64,000 nucleotides of DNA from an uncultured bacterium (GTDB lineage: Bacteria; Hinthialibacterota; Hinthialibacteria; Hinthialibacterales; Hinthialibacteraceae), in assembly GCA_964517495.1 (NCBI GenBank), contig CAZFER010000019.1, positions 19,835 to 83,834 of the forward strand. Direction: 5' to 3'. Each line of letters starts with the position of its first letter. Positions within the stretch are counted from its first letter, which is position 1. Shown one piece after another: positions 30,990 to 39,983 of the stretch. The translations under genes were made by a program, and so were the position numbers. The notes under the pieces were generated by a model. That model was not told the origin of the DNA and did not search any database. It saw only the letters and a list, made by a program, of their open reading frames with translations.

Positions 30990-32418
30990 CTAGTTGTTTC
31001 TTGGACCATAATGCGGTGTGGGATGCCCCACTTCATAAGCCCCCATGTCGGGAGCCTTCCCGGTATAATTATCGTTAATCCCTGGTAGTTTGTCACCTGC
31101 ATCAACCACCGGTGCATCTTTCCTTAAATGCAGATTAACTTCACTCGGTTGGTAAAGGCGTCCCTCGTTATTGGGTGCATGTTCCGGTTCAACGGCCTCA
31201 CGGAATAATTCCTCATAAGTATTCACTTCGATACCATGCAGTTCCCGCCCGGTTTCTTTCTCCATCGCTTGCAATGAAGGAAAGGCTTCACCACCGATTA
31301 CAAAGGGATTCTCAATGGGAAGCCCTACCCGATGGGCATTGTAATCCAATATTCACCGCATAGCCCGCCTTTGTCCTTCCCCACGCTCCCCCACTATCCG
31401 GATTAAACCGATCGGCAGGATTCCGCCCTATTATCACATTATCAGCAATATAAAAATCGGTGGAACGTCCATCCTGGGCCAACACCCCATACTGCACCTG
31501 CTCAATCCGACAATGCTTAACCGTCAATCCTTTGCAGCCCATCACTCCCTGAAATCCACCATGAAAAGCAATCCGCGCATTACGCAAGATCAAGCCTTCA
31601 AAATGTAGATAATCAGCCGCCATGATGTTAAACAGCACATCACTATCATCCCCGTCAATAATCACATCACCATCACCAGCAGCAACAATTGCTATGGGTT
31701 TATCCGGTAAACCATCCGCCACAAGCGTACGCGTTCCATGCAGCCATAATCCAACATTATCTCGATAATTGCTCCGATCCGCTTTGTAGGTCCCGGCATG
31801 AAGTTTGATAATGGTACCCGGTTCGGCTCTATTTGGATGGACGGTCTGATAATTATCACACCAGGTATGAAAACCATTCACCGCATGCATGATCCCTTTA
31901 TAAGCCGGTTCTTCTTTTGGCCCCTTCCAATCTGGCGGATACACATGTCTTTCTTCACCCCCATTAAAAGGCACAGGCTCACAACGCGTTGTACGTGTCA
32001 ATTCCTTCACCGCTTCACCCATTACTCCGTCAGGATCGTGAAGTTCCAGGCGAACTTCATACGTGGTGGCAGGCTCAAGATCCATAATACTCCCAGAAAA
32101 TCCCTCAGGAATCCGATACATGGGTTGATGGTTGGGATCGCCAAAATTCCCATATCCAGGTGGCACTTCCCGGCCTTTCCCAACTCGATAGAGAGGTGGA
32201 TATTCATGCCAACTCGTATCCCCTGCCTGACGATACTGCACCGCTACCGATGCATTTCGGTTCTCATCACCTTTTATTCGCCACTCAAATCCAAGACAAA
32301 TAAGCGTCGGCCGTTCTACAATCAATTCCCCTGATTCCACTAAATCTTTAGTATCGACAAAATACGCTGATGCAAGCGTAGAATATATAATGATTACGGT
32401 GGGCAATAAAGGTATCAT
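30990..32418 (-). pseudogene. right-handed beta-helix (pectate-lyase-fold) secreted protein split by a frameshift
   Basis: The 368 aa piece (31312..32418) ends ...KAGYAVNIGLQCPSGRASH*. The 119 aa piece (30990..31349) has no ATG and overlaps it by 38 nt. It carries the usual C-terminal DAGDKLPGINDNYTGKAPDMGAYE motif. Fused reading gives ...AGYAVNI(G)LDYNAHRVGLPIENP... Confidence 0.5.
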
Positions 32419-32450
32419 ATATAATTTCCTTTCCCTTCCCTTCCCTTCCC

Positions 32451-32891
32451 CTAAAAAAAACGATCTAAAATCAAATGGCTGACATAACCCAATAACGCAG
32501 CAATAAAATAGGGTAATAAAGCCATCGGCGATAGGCCACTATATTGAATCGCTGCAATATACAACCCACCCGTAACCAATAGCATCCCCCCCACACTATG
32601 GGTCCAGCCACGATGACGCCCAACAATGGGTAGGACAATGATTAAACCAAGGTATGCAGCCTTTTCATATTCATGACGCAGGATCAAAACGGTATCCAAA
32701 ATCACAAACCCGATAAGAAACACCGTCTGCCCTTTGCTCTTAATATCCACATCAGGCCACAAACCAAAAAAAACCGCAAGCGCCACACACCCTGCCTTTT
32801 CCCAAATTGACATCGGCAGCCAAAAGGGAAACAAATAAAGCAATCCACAAAAAAACAACGCGGCAGTAATGTGAGATTTATAACCAGGCAT
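32451..32891 (-). CDS. membrane-bound metal-dependent hydrolase (YdjM/DUF457-like)
   Basis: 146 aa with four hydrophobic helices. His-containing motifs (GHRGWTHS, SHLILD). Confidence 0.55.
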   Translation of the reverse strand: MPGYKSHITAALFFCGLLYLFPFWLPMSIWEKAGCVALAVFFGLWPDVDIKSKGQTVFLIGFVILDTVLILRHEYEKAAYLGLIIVLPIVGRHRGWTHSVGGMLLVTGGLYIAAIQYSGLSPMALLPYFIAALLGYVSHLILDRFF

Positions 32892-33328
32892 AGGATTTAA
32901 TCAGGTTTTTTAGTATTTTTTCATTCTTTTTCTAAAATCGTGCAATGATTGTTTATAATAATATGAATCAATCACTCCAGACAGGCGGGTGTTTGCCTGA
33001 ATGCAAAGATGGGAGAAATTATGCAAAACATCCGATGCTTCTTGAATAAACGCTGGCTATTCTACACAACAATTTGTATCACATTTATCCTCATCGTTAT
33101 GGTTTAAAATCCTGAGTTTAAAGGAAATATCACGGAAGAATAGTCAAATATCCTGAAAAACTTGAAAGTCCGCCTGCAAAAAGCCATTACCCGCTCTAAT
33201 AAAAACTGGCTGCGAAAAATTATGGAATATATAGGGATTTGAAAATACACCAAATCAAAAGAATTGATTTTTATTCTCAATAAATATTATAATTACCACA
33301 TTAAAACTATGAATTTGAGGTCAAGAAG

Positions 33329-33604
33329 ATGGTTGATATAAAAGAAGCCGTAAAATATGGGGTGCATTTTTTGAAAGAAATGTATGAGGATAAAGAAATT
33401 TCCGATATCACATTAGAGGAAATAGAAATGTCCGAAGATTCCAATCACTGGTTGGTAACCATGAGTTTCATCAGACCAAAAGCCACCGAAAATATCCATG
33501 ATGTATTCAGCCCAAAAGAATATGAACGTACCTACAAAATTTTAAAAGTTTCCAGAGATGATGGCTGTGTCATCTCCATGATGGATCGAATGATAAATGT
33601 TTAA
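33329..33604 (+). CDS. small hypothetical protein, candidate antitoxin/partner of the downstream PIN protein
   Basis: 91 aa with a GAGG ribosome-binding site. It overlaps the downstream ATG by 8 nt (ATGTTTAA). Lies in a ~30% GC islet. Confidence 0.4.
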   Translation: MVDIKEAVKYGVHFLKEMYEDKEISDITLEEIEMSEDSNHWLVTMSFIRPKATENIHDVFSPKEYERTYKILKVSRDDGCVISMMDRMINV

Positions 33605-34097
33605 TAACATTCAAATTCAATTTGAACGATATTATAGCAGTGGAATCATCGTTGATACCAATATCCTACTGCTTTATTTCATAGGAGAATACGACATAAA
33701 TTTTATTCCACGTTTCAAAAGAACCATTCAATTCACAATTGAGGATTATGAACTGCTGACATTAATTTTAAGACGTTTTAAAAGGATTCTTACTACCCCC
33801 AACATATTGACTGAAGTTTCAAGCCTTGCAAATTCACTAAAAATGAATATCAAACCACATTTTTTCGATTCGTTTTCAAAAAATATATCTATGTTGGATG
33901 AAACATATCTGGATAGTAAATCATTGTCAAAACAAGATGAATTTATAAAATTTGGATTGACAGATATTGGAATTCATCAATTGGCAAACAAAAAATATCT
34001 TGTTCTTACAGATGATTTCACATTAGCGCAATATCTTAAAAAGCATGATGTTCCCGTCGTGAATTTTAACCACATTAGAACATACGCTTGGAAATGA
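33597..34097 (+). CDS. PIN domain nuclease-like protein
   Basis: 166 aa. GIIVDTNILLLYF N-terminal Asp motif. Central TEV glutamate. C-terminal LVLTDDFTLAQYL acidic motif. AT-rich codon usage. Confidence 0.55.
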   Translation: MFNNIQIQFERYYSSGIIVDTNILLLYFIGEYDINFIPRFKRTIQFTIEDYELLTLILRRFKRILTTPNILTEVSSLANSLKMNIKPHFFDSFSKNISMLDETYLDSKSLSKQDEFIKFGLTDIGIHQLANKKYLVLTDDFTLAQYLKKHDVPVVNFNHIRTYAWK

Positions 34098-34153
34098 ATA
34101 CAATTCCTAAACAACCAAATTTCCTGAGATTTGGAATGAATTCTTTAATGTAA

Positions 34154-37100
34154 TTAGTCAGCTTTGATCAGCGCCTCTTCACACCGTTCAATATACTCCC
34201 TCTGCCTTTGAGAACGCTTCGGCCCATCAGCACCAATTTGCCAGGCCTCTTTCGCTTCATCCTCCCGATCCAAAGCCGCCAAGGCCTTCCCCTTCCAATA
34301 ATAGGCTTCCGCCTCCTGCGGTTCAGCAGGACGGCCAACCCCCAAATGCTTGGGATACGTCAGGGCTTTGGTAAAATCATCAAGAGCCAGTTCATATTTT
34401 TCCTGTTCCATATACAATTTCCCACGTTCAATATGAGCGCGTACAAATACGTTCCTTGAAACAGTCCGGTTTTCCCAGTTGGAAAAGAAAGCATTATCCA
34501 ACAACGCAATGGCATCGCTAAAACGCTCTTCATCCACATACGCCTGCGCCAACACCTCAATAATATCAGTGCGCCGTTCCTCTGGCTGAGGCATGGATTC
34601 AAGTAACGCAATGGCTTGAGGACGCTGCCCATCGCTGATTAAAATTTGCGCCAGGTCGTAATACAACGTCTGATCTTCCGGCCGTGCGGCAATCGCCTTG
34701 CGATAATAATCAGCCGCATTTCGAAGATCGTTCTCTTCCTTCCATGCATACAAACCAAGATTTCGCTGAGCCACACTTAATGACGGTTTAAGCTCAACCG
34801 CTTTGCGCCACTCTTCAACCGCCTCATCCAAACGACCCAATCCACCATACAGATTGCCCAAATAAAGCCGGGCATGAGCATCATCTGGATTCTGCTCCAA
34901 TGCATTGGCTAATACATCGATACTCTCAGGCCGTGAGGGAAACACATAATCCGTGGGCAGCGAGGCAGCCAGTTTCAACGCTTCATCCGCTTTTTCACGA
35001 TGGTCTAAATGCCCCGCAATATAGGCGAACAGATAATGTGGCATGGGTTTTTCCGCAACATCTGGCATATGTTCCATACACGCGGTAAGAATGGCTTCCG
35101 CTTCTGACCACAGCCCCAACTCCAACCATCGATAAATCAACTCCTCTGTTTCAAACGCATCTTCACCTAAAAATTCACGGCTTCCCCGGGCAAATCGTTC
35201 AAGCGCATTCGCATTCATCAACGCCAATACCGAATGGGGTAACAAATCTGTAGGATACTGCTTGGCCAATGTTTCAGCCGCTTCAAAAGTCCCGCCTAAC
35301 ATGCCGAAATCATGGTACTGCGCATAAGCAAAACGCGCCAATAAAAGATGATTTCGAGCACGTTTATCCGGTGGATTCAACACCGACGCTCGCTCAAATG
35401 CTTCAACGGCCTCCCTATAGTTTCGCTCCCGCATATAAACACGGCCCGCCAGCTCATATCCCAAACCGGAATTGGGCATAATCTTGACCGCCTGATAAGC
35501 CGATTCAAGCGCCTGTTCCAACTTATCCTGTTTGAATTGAACCGCACCCAAATAAAACCACGCCATGCCATCATCCATATCACGTTCCACCGCCCTTTTC
35601 AAACGCTCTTCCGCCTTTTGATAAAGCCCCACTTCCAAATCCAACACCGCCAAATTCCTCAATGCCGGTGAATAATTCGCGTCCTCGTTCAAGGCCTTTT
35701 GATACCATTCCCTGGCGGCTTCTCGATTGGTTTGTTTGTCGAATAGCAGGCCTTTCAAGTAACATTCTTCCGCCGTCATGGCTTCCTCATTCTTTGTATC
35801 AAGCCACGAAGGTTCAGGCGGCGTTTTCTCGGGAATATCCAAGGGTGAGCTATATGACACTAATATTTTACCAGATTGAGTCCGCACCTCAATTCGAATT
35901 GGAACCGTTGGGGCGGGTTTCAAGGTCAACTTCACGGATTCTTCCGGTGATAAATTCACCGTCTTTCGCAGCCACACATCATCCCCCACCGTAAGTGTAC
36001 ACTCCGCTCTGTCATAACGAGCAGTTGAAATCATGCTGACATCCAGCCTGGGCACGCCCTCTTCCCGGCTTCGATGCGTTTGAATGGCAAGATCACGAGT
36101 CGCATATTCAAAACCATCTCCCAAACCATGTACCGGATACCACCATTCACGCCAGGCCACCCTTTCACGTGGATACAACAAACCATAATCCGCCTGAGTT
36201 AAAAGCGGACCACTTTGTACTTCGATATACTGCTCATCCCCTTCATGCAAGTTCGCCTGGCTGACTAATCCATCATCCGATTGTCCCCACGTCCAGGCCT
36301 TTTTCCCGATTAAAATATTATGATCAGCGTATTGCACTATCCCCCGGTCCAGGTCCACATCATAAGCCCCAAAGAAATCAAACTCACAATCATAAGCAAA
36401 CACCGAACTGGGCCGATCATAATTTTTCAGCCAACTTAAGTCTTTTCCTTCATGAATCGGCCATGAATAATAGTAATCCCCGCTATGGTTGGTGCCCAGC
36501 GTCATAGGATAGATAAAACGGGTGCCTGGTAAACAGGGAAAAGCAGTGCAATTCCAGAAGTAGTATGGATGGATACCATCCTGTGGATTATACAAACTAA
36601 TCCGCTCATCAAGATAGGCCTTCCCGGGATGCAACGTCAATCGTACAGTCCAACGGGTGCGGAAAATCTGTTCCGTATTCGATATCAGCAAGGATGCCGA
36701 ACCATCACGATTTTTGATGATTCGAACATTAACCGGCGAAACCACCGTCACCGTATGCCCATGCGGCCCTGTGTTCCATTCAATCCCCCCTGATATCCAG
36801 GCCCCTCGCATGGCAATCAAACCAGGCTTGATCACATCATTGCGGTGAAACATCTCCTCACCCGAACTTTTGTCAAACACCGAATGAATACGCCCACCCA
36901 GCTCCGGCAGGCAGGTGACTCTCAAATATTCGTTTTCCAAATGGAACGCCTTGTATTCCACATCCACCTTCTCAGTCGAAAGGTTATCCTGCATGGTATA
37001 CGGATAAATAATCGAACCTTCAAGCGCATAATACGCAGGATTAATATCATCCGGCCCCCACGTATAAGTAGGAATGCTGATCGTACCCTCCCACGCCTTT

Positions 37101-37189
37101 ACCGAGGCTTGGGCCGTGTTCGTTATCGCTCCACTCAATACCATCAACGCAGCTAATAATAGAATCCGAAACGTTTGAAAATATCTCAT
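34154..37189 (-). CDS. secreted TPR-repeat protein with a large N-terminal beta-rich domain (possibly DUF5107-like)
   Basis: 1011 aa with a signal peptide. The C-terminal ~550 aa carry multiple TPR-like helical repeats (AWFYLGAVQFKQDKLEQALESAYQAVKIMP etc). Confidence 0.65.
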   Translation of the reverse strand: MRYFQTFRILLLAALMVLSGAITNTAQASVKAWEGTISIPTYTWGPDDINPAYYALEGSIIYPYTMQDNLSTEKVDVEYKAFHLENEYLRVTCLPELGGRIHSVFDKSSGEEMFHRNDVIKPGLIAMRGAWISGGIEWNTGPHGHTVTVVSPVNVRIIKNRDGSASLLISNTEQIFRTRWTVRLTLHPGKAYLDERISLYNPQDGIHPYYFWNCTAFPCLPGTRFIYPMTLGTNHSGDYYYSWPIHEGKDLSWLKNYDRPSSVFAYDCEFDFFGAYDVDLDRGIVQYADHNILIGKKAWTWGQSDDGLVSQANLHEGDEQYIEVQSGPLLTQADYGLLYPRERVAWREWWYPVHGLGDGFEYATRDLAIQTHRSREEGVPRLDVSMISTARYDRAECTLTVGDDVWLRKTVNLSPEESVKLTLKPAPTVPIRIEVRTQSGKILVSYSSPLDIPEKTPPEPSWLDTKNEEAMTAEECYLKGLLFDKQTNREAAREWYQKALNEDANYSPALRNLAVLDLEVGLYQKAEERLKRAVERDMDDGMAWFYLGAVQFKQDKLEQALESAYQAVKIMPNSGLGYELAGRVYMRERNYREAVEAFERASVLNPPDKRARNHLLLARFAYAQYHDFGMLGGTFEAAETLAKQYPTDLLPHSVLALMNANALERFARGSREFLGEDAFETEELIYRWLELGLWSEAEAILTACMEHMPDVAEKPMPHYLFAYIAGHLDHREKADEALKLAASLPTDYVFPSRPESIDVLANALEQNPDDAHARLYLGNLYGGLGRLDEAVEEWRKAVELKPSLSVAQRNLGLYAWKEENDLRNAADYYRKAIAARPEDQTLYYDLAQILISDGQRPQAIALLESMPQPEERRTDIIEVLAQAYVDEERFSDAIALLDNAFFSNWENRTVSRNVFVRAHIERGKLYMEQEKYELALDDFTKALTYPKHLGVGRPAEPQEAEAYYWKGKALAALDREDEAKEAWQIGADGPKRSQRQREYIERCEEALIKAD

Positions 37190-37440
37190 GCTTTCCTCCT
37201 GAATAACTAGATTAACTAAATTTGTTATTTGTAATTCACATTCGCTAAATAATTAAAATATCTTTCATAGTGCGCCACCCTTGCGCCCCCAATGAAATGA
37301 GGGCGCTTAGGAGGGGGTTAAAAAGATTATACTCTAAGTTTTATTATTCCATGCTTATAACCCCAACGGGGTAACATAAGATAGCCAGCGGGCAACACCC
37401 CTGGAAATGAATAAAAACCACTCTCACCTTTCACCACCCA

Positions 37441-37466
37441 GGGAGGGCGTGGCTCCCGCCGAGCCG
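37441..37466. repeat. family B repeat copy (gggagggcgtggctcccgccgagccg)
   Basis: One mismatch from the copy at 10988-11013. Lies in the divergent intergenic region upstream of the pseudopilin gene. Confidence 0.55.
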
Positions 37467-37570
37467 AAGTGTCCGATCAAGGTACATTTAAATATTAAAC
37501 TTCCAATGCAGGATAATGTGAATATACCTCTTTCGTTTGGTTTTCGTATAACCGACTCCGCGGGTGCCAA

Positions 37571-37608
37571 GGGCTTGACGACGAAGGAGTCAGCCCTTGA
37601 GTCCTACC
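37571..37608. repeat. family C hairpin repeat (gggtgccaagggcttgac...gtcagcccttg)
   Basis: A ggtgccaaggg-N-cccttg hairpin is also found at 43414-43450 and 55119-55154. Confidence 0.5.
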
Positions 37609-37757
37609 CTCCTATCCCTTACCTTCCACAAACCAACATGATAACTATTGTTACTATCCAATTGATGGTAGCATGGTTGATGATACATAATTTCTTGATC
37701 ATCATGTATTATGTGATTTCAGGATAAAATGAATTTATTTTCTTTGGGGAGGAAAAA

Positions 37758-38351
37758 ATGATGAAAGACCGTACGACCAAACAAACTGAATCCATTGCAG
37801 GTTTCACACTCATTGAATTACTCATCGTCGTCGCCATTATTGGGATCCTGGCCGCCATCGCGGTGCCCAATTTTATTAACGCCCAAATTCGTGCCAAACT
37901 GGCCAGAGTACAAGCCGATATTGACGCAATCGAAACCGCCCTCGGTCAATACAGGCTGGAAAACAACAAATACCCCCCTTCACACAATGGATCATCCTAC
38001 ATCGATCCACACATAAAACGCTTCGTCTATTTAACCACGCCCGTGGCATTTATGTCAACAGTCCCCATGGACGTATTTGCCAAGGAATTAGCCCCTGACA
38101 CCGGAGGATACAATAGCATCGGTGGTAAATATGTGGGAGATCCCTATCGTTACCTGGAATCCCAATTTCACCCAACCATACACCAATTCAGCAAAACCGA
38201 TGAACACAAACGGTATGTGTATCTATTATCCGGCCGTGGCCCCGATCACCTGATGAATTGGCAAATGACCCCTCGTTTGCCAGACGCGCTCGATTACTCA
38301 CCCACCAACGGCCTCAACAGCCTGGGTGACATAAACATATTCGGCCCCTAA
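37758..38351 (+). CDS. prepilin-type N-terminal cleavage/methylation domain protein (pseudopilin-like)
   Basis: 197 aa. FTLIELLIVVAIIGILAAIAVPNFINAQIRAK is nearly identical to the N-terminus of 23809..24363. Confidence 0.75.
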   Translation: MMKDRTTKQTESIAGFTLIELLIVVAIIGILAAIAVPNFINAQIRAKLARVQADIDAIETALGQYRLENNKYPPSHNGSSYIDPHIKRFVYLTTPVAFMSTVPMDVFAKELAPDTGGYNSIGGKYVGDPYRYLESQFHPTIHQFSKTDEHKRYVYLLSGRGPDHLMNWQMTPRLPDALDYSPTNGLNSLGDINIFGP

Positions 38352-38360
38352 AATCGTGGA

Positions 38361-38383
38361 ATGGGTCACGTTTTTCGACCCAT
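38361..38383. repeat. family D hairpin (atgggtcacgtttttcgacccat), likely a terminator
   Basis: Lies 10 nt after the pseudopilin stop. It is followed by a family E-like hairpin at 38461-38487. Confidence 0.5.
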
Positions 38384-38494
38384 CCAGGAACACCCAATGG
38401 GTTAAACAACGCAACCCATTTTACTTACCGGGTTGAAACATATCTCATTCCCCTAAACGTTGTAGGGGCAAACCCATGTGTGCGCCCTTCCAAT

Positions 38495-39979
38495 TCAAGC
38501 AATCAATTTATCAACCACATTCCCCGCCACATCAGTCAAACGAAAATCACGGCCTTGGAAACGATAGGTCAGCTTTTCATGATTCATGCCAAACAGCTGT
38601 AAAATAGTGGCATGCAAATCATTGATATGAATGGGATCTTGCAGAATGTTCCAGCCAATTTCATCGGTCTCTCCAATAACCTGCCCACCTTTGATTCCTC
38701 CACCGGCCATCCACACACTGAAAGCAAATGGATGGTGATCACGCCCCGTATTGGCTTCACGCCCCACACGGTTTTCTCCCAATGGCGTACGCCCGAATTC
38801 AGACCCCCATACCACCAGTGTTTCATCCAAGAGGCCACGCTGTTTTAAATCCTTCAGCAAGGCAGCCACCGGCTGGTCGGCCATCATGCAGTTGAATTTC
38901 AATCCCTGGTCAATATTGGCATGATGATCCCAAGTGGCGTGATAAATATTGATAAATCGCACTCCCCGCTCAACCATGCGGCGAGCCAAGAGGCAATTGG
39001 TGGAAAAACTATCAAACTCGCCTTTCCCTCCCCCTTGATAATTCTTAATCGGCTCTTCTCTCCCTACACCATACATTTCAAGTATTTCCGGCGATTCATC
39101 GGAAAAATCAATCAATTCAGGCGCCGAGGCCTGCATCCGATACGCCAGTTCATACGACGCAATCCGGCTGTTAATCTCAGGATCGCGCACCTGCTCGTAA
39201 TGGTGTTGATTCAAATCCCGCAACGTATCCAAACTCATGCGCTGCACATCTTTCGACATCCCGCCAGGATTGCTCAAATTCAACACCGGATCGCCATGAC
39301 TGCGGAAGAGCACACCCTCATAGGTCGATGGAAGAAAACCACTCGTCCAATTCTGCGTCCCCGCACTGGTTCCACGTCCCGTGGTTAACACCACATAACC
39401 GGGCAAGTTCTGCGATTCACTCCCCAAGCCATAATTCAACCATGATCCCAAACTGGGCCGCCCAAAAAGCGGAAAACCAGTGTTCATCATCAACTGCCCG
39501 GGATGGTGATTGAATTGATCCGTGTGCATCGAACGAACCAAGGCAATATCATCCGCACATGAGCCAATATGGGGCAACAAATCTGAAAACTCCGTTCCAC
39601 TTTCACCATGCTTCTTGAATTTTCGCGGCGTCCCCATCACCGTAGCCGAATCTTTTTGAATAAATGCAAAACGGACATTTTCCGTTAACGACTCCGGCAG
39701 TTTTTCCCCATGCAACTCATTCAATTTGGGCTTTGGATCAAACAAATCCAACTGGCTGGGCGCGCCAGCCATGAAAATAAATATGCAATTTTTGGCTTTG
39801 GGGGCAAAATGCGGTTTCTTGGGGGCTAATGGATTGATGAGCGAATCCGATTGCACATCAGCCGCCAACGCCCCATCCTGTTGCAATAAAGACAACAACG
39901 CCAATGAGCCAATCCCGCTGGCTGTCGTGGCTAAAAAATCGCGTCGTGATTGTTGGATAAAGTCTTTAATCGGGTCCAT
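38495..39979 (-). CDS. DUF1501 domain protein (sulfatase-like fold), Tat signal
   Basis: 494 aa. RRDFLATTASGIGSLALLS Tat motif. Classic PVC-group partner of DUF1553 proteins. Confidence 0.85.
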   Translation of the reverse strand: MDPIKDFIQQSRRDFLATTASGIGSLALLSLLQQDGALAADVQSDSLINPLAPKKPHFAPKAKNCIFIFMAGAPSQLDLFDPKPKLNELHGEKLPESLTENVRFAFIQKDSATVMGTPRKFKKHGESGTEFSDLLPHIGSCADDIALVRSMHTDQFNHHPGQLMMNTGFPLFGRPSLGSWLNYGLGSESQNLPGYVVLTTGRGTSAGTQNWTSGFLPSTYEGVLFRSHGDPVLNLSNPGGMSKDVQRMSLDTLRDLNQHHYEQVRDPEINSRIASYELAYRMQASAPELIDFSDESPEILEMYGVGREEPIKNYQGGGKGEFDSFSTNCLLARRMVERGVRFINIYHATWDHHANIDQGLKFNCMMADQPVAALLKDLKQRGLLDETLVVWGSEFGRTPLGENRVGREANTGRDHHPFAFSVWMAGGGIKGGQVIGETDEIGWNILQDPIHINDLHATILQLFGMNHEKLTYRFQGRDFRLTDVAGNVVDKLIA

Positions 39980-39983
39980 AAAT

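Noticed and set aside
31798-32334. 178 aa plus-strand ORF
   Set aside because: Antisense within the beta-helix gene. No start context.
33020-33106. 28 aa hydrophobic micro-ORF (MQNIRCFLNKRWLFYTTICITFILIVMV) in the AT-rich islet
   Set aside because: It is too short and has no ribosome-binding site or conservation evidence. It could be a leader peptide but cannot be supported from sequence alone.
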